A stretch of DNA of 64,000 nucleotides from assembly GCA_007695095.1 (NCBI GenBank), contig REEL01000093.1:121-64120 (forward strand). The letters run 5' to 3'. This stretch comes from Chitinophagaceae bacterium (GTDB lineage Bacteria > Bacteroidota > Bacteroidia > Chitinophagales > REEL01). The translations under genes and the position numbers were made by a program. Under the pieces are notes generated by a model. The model was not told the DNA's origin. It made no database searches and worked only from the letters and a program-made list of their open reading frames with translations. Of the stretch, positions 57,280 to 64,000 are shown one piece after another (the stretch's first letter is position 1; every line of letters begins with the position of its first letter).

Positions 57280-60165
57280 ATGCAATCCGACTATTTTTTA
57301 AAAAGTGTTTACAACGAAATAAAGGAATCTTTTGGTGAGGATACTGAGAACCTGACGTTGATTTTTCCGAACAGAAGAGCCGGTTTGTTCTATAAGAAGG
57401 GGATGGCAGAAATCATTACTAAACCTGTTTGGTCACCCGAAGTGTACGGTATTCAGGATTGGATAAAAGAAGTTTCCGGGCTCACCATCGCAGAACCGCT
57501 GGAGTTGATTATTGAATTATACAAGGCCGGAAAAGGGAAAATTGCTCATGCAAGCTTTGATGAATTTCTGACCTGGGGTGAAATGATTGTAAAGGATTTT
57601 GATGAAATTGATAAATACCTGATTAATGCAGAAGATTTTTTCGGGCATTTATACGAATTGAAAAAAATTGACAGTCTCTTTGAAGATGATTTACAAAAAG
57701 AAGCTGCTCAGCAGTTTCTAGATGTGCTTTGGAATGATGAGGGCAGCGGGGAAGAAAGCTTCAAAAAGGACTTCAAAAAATGGTGGATGCAAATTGGGGA
57801 AGTATATAAAGTGTATCGGAAAAATCTCATCAATGAAAACATAGTCTACGAAGGAATTGCATATCGAAATATAGCGGAGTCTCCCGAAAAACATTTTAAC
57901 CACCTCAATAAACAACAAAAATTTGTATTTGCAGGCTTCAATGCTCTGAACCCGGCTGAGGAGAAAATTATTCAATATCTTAAGAAAAACTTTCAAACAC
58001 TCTATTTAACAGATATTGACAAAGCCTTTCTTGAGGATGAAAAGCATGATGCTGCATATTTTTTTAGAAAAAAAACAAAACTCAGCTCGGATAATAAACC
58101 TTTTCAAAATTGGCAGACAATACCCAAGGATATTTATTCTTATGGTGTGCCACTCAGAATTGGCCAATGCAAGATAGCCGGAAATATACTTAAGGAAATC
58201 AGCCTGAAATCACAAGGAAAAAAGACTAAAAAACAAAGTTTTATTCCGAACACTGCCGTAGTTTTGGCAGATGAGCATTTGCTTGTCCCTCTTTTACAAA
58301 ACATCCCTGACGATATTGGAACGGTCAATATCACTATGGGATATCCGCTTAAAGAAAGCCTCACAGCTTCTCTGATGGAGCAGCTTATCAAGTATCGGAA
58401 AACGATTTATCTGCATGATGATGAGGTTCTGTTTCACCGGGCTTTTTTGGTAAATTTACTTTTTCACCCGATAGCTGCAAAAATTTTAGATAAGCACGAT
58501 CCGAAAATTTTCTCTGATAAAATTAAGAAATTTACCTTTCAGATTACGGCTAAGGATATACAAGACTTAAAGCTGCCGGAGCCTTTTTTAAATATTTTAC
58601 TGGAAGTTTCTGAGCCCTTTCAATTTTTAGAAAATCTGGATGCCTTTTTTAGTTATGTTTTACAGCTGTTTCATGAAGAAAAAGAGGAGGATACGGCTGA
58701 AATGGAATGCATATATAAATTTGTATTGCAGGTAAGAAAAATGAGGGATCTATTTGAGCGTTATGATATTCAGATAAACGCTTTGAGCTTATATCAGTTG
58801 CTGACACAAATTTTGCAAACACAACGTGTCCCTTTTGAAGGAGAACCCTTGGGAGGATTGCAGTTAATGGGATTTTTAGAAACCCGTTGCCTGGATTTTG
58901 AAAATATCATTATTTTGGGAGCAAATGAAGGAAACTTACCTCCATCCGGACAGCGAAAAAGCTTTATTCCTTATCATGTACGTAAAGCATTTGGTTTGCC
59001 GTTGGCAGAAGAACAGGAATCTGTTGTTTCATATCATTTTTACAGACTTTTATCCAGAGCCCGGAATATTTACATGCTCTATAATTCCGAAAGTGCCGAT
59101 GATAGCCTTACAGAAGGAGAAAAAAGTCGATTTATTCAACAAATACAAGTGCTAAAAAAGCTTGATAAAGAAAATGAGTTAAAAAATATTTCTTTACATG
59201 CTGCATCACAAAATATTAAGTTCAGACAGGAAATTATCAAGGAAAGGGAAATAAAGAAAACGGAAGACTTATTTAAAACGCTGTTTAGGTATACCCATCC
59301 GAAAAATGTTTTATACCCCACTCATATTATCACCTATTTGAAAGACCCGGTGAAATTTTATTTTCGTCATATTTTGAAATACCAGGATAACACGGAGAAA
59401 AAAGAGATCGATCCTGCTCTGTTTGGAAGTATTTTTCACGAAAGTATGGATGTTTTATATCAGGGGCTTATAAAAAAAGAAATACATTCAGAAGACCTTG
59501 TAGATGTTGCAAAAAACAGCCGGGAAGTTTTGACTAAGCAATTTAAAAGATTGCATAAAGTGCGGGATATCAAAGGGAAAGATTTGATGGTTTTTGATGC
59601 AATAGAAAACATGTTGGCCCTTATGATAAAGGGTGATTTGGAAAATTTGCCTTTTAGAATTGAAATGCTTGAAGAAAGAAATACCCTGCTCACTCAGTTA
59701 GAAATAAAAGTAAATAACCGTCCTATCCGAATAAATTTGAACGGGAAAGCTGACAGAGTACAATTAAGAGGAAATGTAACTGAAATAATAGATTATAAAA
59801 CAGGTAGGGATGAAATTCGAAAGGCAGTAGATTTTTCTACGGATGAAGCTCAGGAAATATTTTTGGACGAAATTTTTCAGCAAACCGAAAAGAACTCAGC
59901 CCGTTTTCAAACAATGATGTATGCCTGGTTGTATGCCCGAAAATTTCAGCAAACGGAAAATATCAATGCGGGGATTATCTCAACGAAAAGGTACAAACCT
60001 GAGATGCTGGCCATAGAAAGTATTCCGCCTGAGCTGTTCGACCGCTTTGAAGAGCGTTTAATTGAGGTTTTTCAGGAAATCTTTAATAAGGATATCCCTT
60101 TTAAGGCGAATTATGATATCGTAGAAAGAGACGAGTGGAATGCTTATTCGGCCTATAAAAAGTAA
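57280..60165 (+). CDS. AddB-like PD-(D/E)XK nuclease subunit (no Walker A, no Fe-S cysteines)
   Basis: C-terminal 'GSIFHESMDVLY...GKADRVQLRGNVTEIIDYKTGR...FQTMMYAWLY' nuclease motifs. Lies 15 nt downstream of the AddA-like gene. Confidence 0.75.
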   Translation: MQSDYFLKSVYNEIKESFGEDTENLTLIFPNRRAGLFYKKGMAEIITKPVWSPEVYGIQDWIKEVSGLTIAEPLELIIELYKAGKGKIAHASFDEFLTWGEMIVKDFDEIDKYLINAEDFFGHLYELKKIDSLFEDDLQKEAAQQFLDVLWNDEGSGEESFKKDFKKWWMQIGEVYKVYRKNLINENIVYEGIAYRNIAESPEKHFNHLNKQQKFVFAGFNALNPAEEKIIQYLKKNFQTLYLTDIDKAFLEDEKHDAAYFFRKKTKLSSDNKPFQNWQTIPKDIYSYGVPLRIGQCKIAGNILKEISLKSQGKKTKKQSFIPNTAVVLADEHLLVPLLQNIPDDIGTVNITMGYPLKESLTASLMEQLIKYRKTIYLHDDEVLFHRAFLVNLLFHPIAAKILDKHDPKIFSDKIKKFTFQITAKDIQDLKLPEPFLNILLEVSEPFQFLENLDAFFSYVLQLFHEEKEEDTAEMECIYKFVLQVRKMRDLFERYDIQINALSLYQLLTQILQTQRVPFEGEPLGGLQLMGFLETRCLDFENIIILGANEGNLPPSGQRKSFIPYHVRKAFGLPLAEEQESVVSYHFYRLLSRARNIYMLYNSESADDSLTEGEKSRFIQQIQVLKKLDKENELKNISLHAASQNIKFRQEIIKEREIKKTEDLFKTLFRYTHPKNVLYPTHIITYLKDPVKFYFRHILKYQDNTEKKEIDPALFGSIFHESMDVLYQGLIKKEIHSEDLVDVAKNSREVLTKQFKRLHKVRDIKGKDLMVFDAIENMLALMIKGDLENLPFRIEMLEERNTLLTQLEIKVNNRPIRINLNGKADRVQLRGNVTEIIDYKTGRDEIRKAVDFSTDEAQEIFLDEIFQQTEKNSARFQTMMYAWLYARKFQQTENINAGIISTKRYKPEMLAIESIPPELFDRFEERLIEVFQEIFNKDIPFKANYDIVERDEWNAYSAYKK

Positions 60166-60197
60166 AAGCCGCTACAAAAATGTAACGGCTTTCGAAG

Positions 60198-60272
60198 GGT
60201 GACCGAGGGGATTTGAACCCCCGGCCTCCAGAGTCACAATCTGGCACTCTAACCAACTGAGCTACGGCCACC
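60198..60272 (-). tRNA. tRNA-His (anticodon GTG) with encoded G-1
   Basis: Reverse complement: G-GTGGCCG-TA-GCTCAGTTGGTTAGAGT-G-CCAGA-TTGTGAC-TCTGG-AGGCC-GGGGG-TTCAAAT-CCCCT-CGGTCAC-C. The extra 5' G pairs with discriminator C, as in bacterial tRNA-His. Confidence 0.9.
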
Positions 60273-60287
60273 ATGTAAAAAGAGTCA

Positions 60288-60295
60288 CAAAAATA
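60288..60295 (-). promoter_or_regulatory. TAnnTTTG -7 box for tRNA-His
   Basis: The minus strand reads TATTTTTG, ending 16 nt upstream of the tRNA 5' end. Confidence 0.4.
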
Positions 60296-60329
60296 CAACA
60301 ATTATCAAATGCAACAAACAAATTATTGC

Positions 60330-60381
60330 GAAATGTTTTAACGGCTTTTACGACATTTCAGGAATGTTTTAAATACATTTC
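60330..60381. repeat. Tandem pair of GAAATGT...ACATTTC inverted repeats
   Basis: IR1 is gaaatgt (60330-36) / acatttc (60353-59). IR2 is ggaatgt (60361-67) / acatttc (60375-81). The left halves form an 11/12 direct repeat, GAAATGTTTTAA / GGAATGTTTTAA. Confidence 0.4.
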
Positions 60382-60495
60382 AAAAATGAATAATTTTCGT
60401 TTAAATCTTTGATACTTTTAGCATATTTGAGTGTTTTTAAAAGTGTTTATTATAAAAATTGTTGTAAATTAAATTTTTCACCGGAAAATAAAATT

Positions 60496-61155
60496 ATGGA
60501 AATTATAGAAATCATACAGACTACACTTACATACCTATTAGTGACTATTGCCGGTATTTTTGTAATTGTAAATCCTTTGACTACTGCTTTTATTTTTCTC
60601 TCACTGACTACTAAAATGTCTCAACAACAAAAAAAAGAAATCGCCATGAAATCAACTAAGATTTCAACTAGTATCTTTTTTGTTTTTGCTTTATTGGGGG
60701 GTATTATTTTCCAGTTGTTTGGAATCACCCTTGCTGCATTTAGAATAGCCGGTGGAATTATTTTATTCGGTATAGCTATGGGAATGTTAACCAAAAAGGA
60801 AAGTGAAGAAAAACCGGATACCGAATCGGAAGGTAAAATTTCTGATGATATTTCAATTATTCCATTGGCAATCCCATTTATAAGCGGTCCCGGTTCAATA
60901 GCAACTGTAATGATACTTACCAGTGAAGCGCCTACGATTTATCATACAGCCTTGGTTTTTGTAGCAGTTTTAATTACTACTGTAAGTTGCTATTATTCAA
61001 TGGTCTATTCAAAAGTGATAGTAAAATATTTAGGTGAAGCAGGTAAGCAAATCATTACTAAGATTTTTGGTTTGATATTAGCTGTTATTTCCGTACAATT
61101 TGTCATTAATGGAATCACAAATGTACTTATAGATTTAGGTGTTTTAAATCCTTAA
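60496..61155 (+). CDS. MarC-family (UPF0056) integral membrane protein
   Basis: ATG 60496 gives 'MEIIEIIQTTL...'. Six TM helices and 'IIPLAIPFISGPGSIATVMIL' typical of MarC. The ORF-track start at 60409 is TTG in AT-rich leader DNA. Confidence 0.8.
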   Translation: MEIIEIIQTTLTYLLVTIAGIFVIVNPLTTAFIFLSLTTKMSQQQKKEIAMKSTKISTSIFFVFALLGGIIFQLFGITLAAFRIAGGIILFGIAMGMLTKKESEEKPDTESEGKISDDISIIPLAIPFISGPGSIATVMILTSEAPTIYHTALVFVAVLITTVSCYYSMVYSKVIVKYLGEAGKQIITKIFGLILAVISVQFVINGITNVLIDLGVLNP

Positions 61156-61178
61156 AACAGCTTTAAAGAGCGAATGTT

Positions 61179-61204
61179 TGAAATCGTTCATTTCAGATTT
61201 TTTT
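61179..61204 (+). terminator. Weak hairpin plus T-tract after the MarC-family gene
   Basis: tgaaat-cgttc-atttca followed by gattttttt. The stem is only 6 bp and AT-rich. Confidence 0.3.
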
Positions 61205-61355
61205 ATTAAGTTCTATTTTTAAATTCAATTTAAACGGAAAAATTTATTGCTTTTTATTTTATAGTTTCCTTTTAAAGGATTTATGAAAATTAAAGTCCTT
61301 AATTTTGAATCTTTAAAATGAAATAGCCGTTCTTTAAGAGAATTAGATAAAATTT

Positions 61356-63578
61356 ATGGAAAAAAGGAAAATAATCAATTGGCGGGTAGAGGGGATGACG
61401 TGTTCAAACTGTGCACTGGGGGTCACCCGATTTTTGGAGAAAAAAGGCCAGAAGTCGGTAGTGGTTGATTTTGCAAGTGATGAGGTTCAATTCGATTATG
61501 TTGGAGAAGAAGATTTAGATAGTCTGGCAAAAGGAATTGAAAAACTGGGATATAATGTTGAAAAAGAGGTAAAGCAAGAAGACAAGGAAGGTAGCTTCAT
61601 TTCGAAGCTGACAAGTTTAGAAAAAAAGTTTTATTTCACACTCTTTTTCACGATTCCTCTTTTTTCTCATATGTTTTTGCCTTTTCATTTTTTACATAAT
61701 CCACTTGTACAACTTATACTTTGTATACCGGTTTTTTTAGTCGGTTTTGCTTTTTTTGGAAGAAGTGCTCTGTCCTCCTTGAGGGCAGGTGTTCCCAATA
61801 TGGACGTATTGATTTTTATCGGATCAACTGCAGCTTTTGTCTATAGCCTTGCAGGAACTATTGCATTTTGGGGCACTCCTGAAGTAGGTAATTATCTTTT
61901 TTATGAGACTTCTGCAATGATTATCACTCTTGTACTTATGGGTAATGTGCTGGAGCAAAAGGCAGTTAAAAAAACAACTACAGCCCTCTCAGAATTAGCA
62001 AAATTAAAAGTTGAAACGGCCAGATTGGTTAAAACGGAAAATGGTCAGCAAATTGAAAAAATTGTCTCCTTGTCAAAAGTAGAGGCCGGTGATATATTAA
62101 ATGTATTAAGTGGTGAAGCGGTTCCCGTGGATGGGGAAATAATTAAGGGGGAAGCCAACATAAACGAGGCTATGATAAGCGGTGAATCAGTGCCTGTAGA
62201 GAAAAAGAAGGGAGATGCGGTTATCGGCAGCACTCTATGTGAATCCGGTAATTTTCGGATGAAGGCAACAGCAGTTGGGGAGGAGATGGTCTTATCCAGA
62301 ATTATTCGAATGGTTAAAGATGCCCGAAGTGAAAAGCCTTCCGTGCAGAAATTAGCAGATAAAATTAGTGGCATTTTTGTGCCTCTTGTCTTGACAATTG
62401 CCCTGGCGACTTTTTTGGTTTGGTTTTTTCTGATTGATGTCAGCTTTGCCCGCTCATTAATGATTAGTATTGCTGTCTTAGTTATTGCCTGCCCTTGTGC
62501 TCTTGGGTTAGCTACTCCAACAGCTGTAATGGTAGGAGTTGGGCGGGCTGCAAAAAAAGGAATATTGATTAAGGGAGGAGAAACTATGGAAGTCTTTTCG
62601 AAAATAAAATATATTGTTTTTGATAAAACAGGTACTTTAACAACCGGTAAATTTTCACTGAAAGCAAAGAAAGTACTGGAAGGAACTGAAAAAAAGTTTG
62701 ATAGTATTTTATATGCTATTGAAAGCAAGTCTACTCATCCTTTAGCAAGTTCATTAATGTCAAGTCTGGAACAGCCTCTCAAGCTTGCAGATCTTACAGA
62801 TATAAAAGAAGTTAAGGGGAAAGGGATGACAGCCAAAAGTAAAGACGGAGTTGTACTTGCCGGTTCATTTGCCTGGATGCGTGAAAAAGGAATTAGTGTA
62901 GAGCCCGGTCACAATATATATTTGGCGATTGACAAAACTTGTTTAGGCTGGGTAGATCTGGAAGATCAAATTAGATCTAATGTCTCTGAAACTATAGAGT
63001 TTTTTAAATCCCGGGGAATTGAACCCGTAATACTAAGTGGCGATTTAAAAGAACGTACACACTCAATAGCCACTGAATTAGGCGTTGAAAAGTATTATGC
63101 AGAAAAACTCCCGGAAGAAAAACTGGATGTTATCAAACGCCTGAAATTAAACGGGAAAACAGCAATGGTGGGAGATGGCATTAATGATGCTCCGGCATTG
63201 GCTTTGGCCGACGTGGGAGTTTCTCTGGGAAATGCAACTGAAGTAGCTATACAGTCCTCTCAGATAGTGTTGTTAAGCAGTGATTTTTCAGTATTAAAAC
63301 ATGCTTTTGAAGTCAATAGACATACATTACTTACAATCAAGCAAAATTTATTTTGGGCATTTTTCTATAATGCTTTTGCAATTCCGGTAGCCTCAATGGG
63401 GATGCTTAGTCCAATGATTGCTGCCTTAAGTATGGCTTTCTCTGATGTGATTGTTATTGGTAACTCATTACGTTTAAAAATTAAGAAAATCGGTTTTTCA
63501 AGTCCGAACAAAAATTTAAAAGCAAAGCCCGGGAAAATGCCCACAGATATCAAAACTAAAGAAGCAATGGGAGTTTGA
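61356..63578 (+). CDS. copA: Heavy-metal (Cu+-type) translocating P1B-type ATPase
   Basis: HMA domain 'GMTCSNCA', TM 'CPCALGLATP', 'DKTGTLT' and 'GDGINDAPAL'. Confidence 0.9.
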   Translation: MEKRKIINWRVEGMTCSNCALGVTRFLEKKGQKSVVVDFASDEVQFDYVGEEDLDSLAKGIEKLGYNVEKEVKQEDKEGSFISKLTSLEKKFYFTLFFTIPLFSHMFLPFHFLHNPLVQLILCIPVFLVGFAFFGRSALSSLRAGVPNMDVLIFIGSTAAFVYSLAGTIAFWGTPEVGNYLFYETSAMIITLVLMGNVLEQKAVKKTTTALSELAKLKVETARLVKTENGQQIEKIVSLSKVEAGDILNVLSGEAVPVDGEIIKGEANINEAMISGESVPVEKKKGDAVIGSTLCESGNFRMKATAVGEEMVLSRIIRMVKDARSEKPSVQKLADKISGIFVPLVLTIALATFLVWFFLIDVSFARSLMISIAVLVIACPCALGLATPTAVMVGVGRAAKKGILIKGGETMEVFSKIKYIVFDKTGTLTTGKFSLKAKKVLEGTEKKFDSILYAIESKSTHPLASSLMSSLEQPLKLADLTDIKEVKGKGMTAKSKDGVVLAGSFAWMREKGISVEPGHNIYLAIDKTCLGWVDLEDQIRSNVSETIEFFKSRGIEPVILSGDLKERTHSIATELGVEKYYAEKLPEEKLDVIKRLKLNGKTAMVGDGINDAPALALADVGVSLGNATEVAIQSSQIVLLSSDFSVLKHAFEVNRHTLLTIKQNLFWAFFYNAFAIPVASMGMLSPMIAALSMAFSDVIVIGNSLRLKIKKIGFSSPNKNLKAKPGKMPTDIKTKEAMGV

Positions 63579-63670
63579 TTTTACGTATTTATCGTATTCA
63601 AAATAGCTTTTTTATTAAATAATCAAATTTTCTCAATACTTTTGAAGCTTAACCTCAATGTAGGAAATAA

Positions 63671-64000
63671 ATGCTGCCTTCTTTTAAAGAAATTTTGGCT
63701 TACGGGCATCAATTAAGCGAAAAAAAAGCTGTTAAACAAACGGGCTTACTTTTTTCTGCTCAAATAGCTATAATATTTATAGGCTACTTTATCAAAGCTA
63801 TTCAAACCCGAACACTGGGAGCTGAGGATTATGGTTTGTATGCTTTTTTTGGTACCCTTACCAGTTTGCTGGTGATTTTTTTCAATTTTGGAATCTATCC
63901 TTCTATTCAGGTCTTGATTGCTGAACAAAAAGAAAAGTTAGCCGAAAGACGATTGATAGGTATTGGAATAATCCTTTCGGGTCTTTTGGGATTGGCCTTT
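63671..64000 (+). CDS. Polysaccharide flippase (Wzx/MOP-family-like), 3'-truncated by the window edge
   Basis: Open frame from ATG 63671 to the window end: 'MLPSFKEILAYGHQLSEKKAVKQTGLLFSAQIAIIFIGYFIKAIQTRTLGAEDYGLYAFFGTL...'. The 'RxLGxxxYGxY' N-terminus is typical of Wzx-like flippases. Absent from the ORF track because it is open-ended. Confidence 0.55.
   Translation, partial: MLPSFKEILAYGHQLSEKKAVKQTGLLFSAQIAIIFIGYFIKAIQTRTLGAEDYGLYAFFGTLTSLLVIFFNFGIYPSIQVLIAEQKEKLAERRLIGIGIILSGLLGLAF

Noticed and set aside
54040-60165. Helicase plus nuclease pair as a phage-defence system (Gabija-, Hachiman- or Nhi-like)
   Set aside because: The motif set (RecB/AddA-type helicase with a C-terminal PD-(D/E)XK domain, plus a second large nuclease subunit) fits the AddAB recombination machine. 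There is no TOPRIM/OLD ATPase, methylase or other defence-island neighbour.
60101-60301. 66-aa minus-strand ORF
   Set aside because: It is simply the translation of the tRNA-His gene plus the 3' end of the AddB-like gene on the opposite strand.
62045-62728. 227-aa antisense ORF inside the P-type ATPase gene. The same applies to the antisense ORFs at 24303-24758, 9895-10149, 50987-51268 and others listed in the track.
   Set aside because: These are opposite-strand shadow ORFs of well-supported genes. They have Ser/Thr/Pro/Ile-rich low-complexity sequences with no recognisable motifs, as is typical of antisense frames.

Overview
AT-rich chromosomal segment that looks like Bacteroidota. Support: seven proteins with T9SS C-terminal sorting domains, TAnnTTTG-type -7 promoter boxes, frequent lipoprotein signals and no Shine-Dalgarno-like spacing. 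All family assignments come from reading motifs by eye; no BLAST or HMM search was possible. Most of the window is housekeeping: recF plus a DUF721/DciA-like gene, pdhA, ribH, tig-clpP-clpX, relA/spoT-family, fur, purA, pabB-like, lnt, bcp, an AddAB-like helicase-nuclease pair, a CopA-type P-type ATPase, and tRNA-Met, tRNA-Leu and tRNA-His. Interspersed are surface-polysaccharide genes (GT4, Wzz-like, O-antigen-ligase-like, a synthase-like GT2 and a partial flippase) and many secreted or outer-membrane proteins. I found no CRISPR array, integrase, transposase, toxin-antitoxin pair or recognisable phage-defence cassette. The best candidate for an undescribed system is a four-gene minus-strand operon at 44.9-47.7 kb. 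It encodes a T9SS-exported Reeler-like protein, a small lipoprotein, a YceI-like protein and a beta-barrel. The first two share an unusual CA-x-x-GCHG (C-X4-CH) motif, which suggests a cell-envelope redox or haem/quinone-handling module. The second candidate is a triad at 0-4.6 kb: two paralogous Omp28-like CxxC proteins bracketing a 530-aa barrel. Smaller observations are a HelD-like helicase, an Nramp-fold transporter lacking the DPGN metal site, an AddB-like subunit without Walker A or Fe-S cysteines, a secreted formylglutamate-amidohydrolase-fold protein, and an ORF-free 400-bp gap with promoter boxes.
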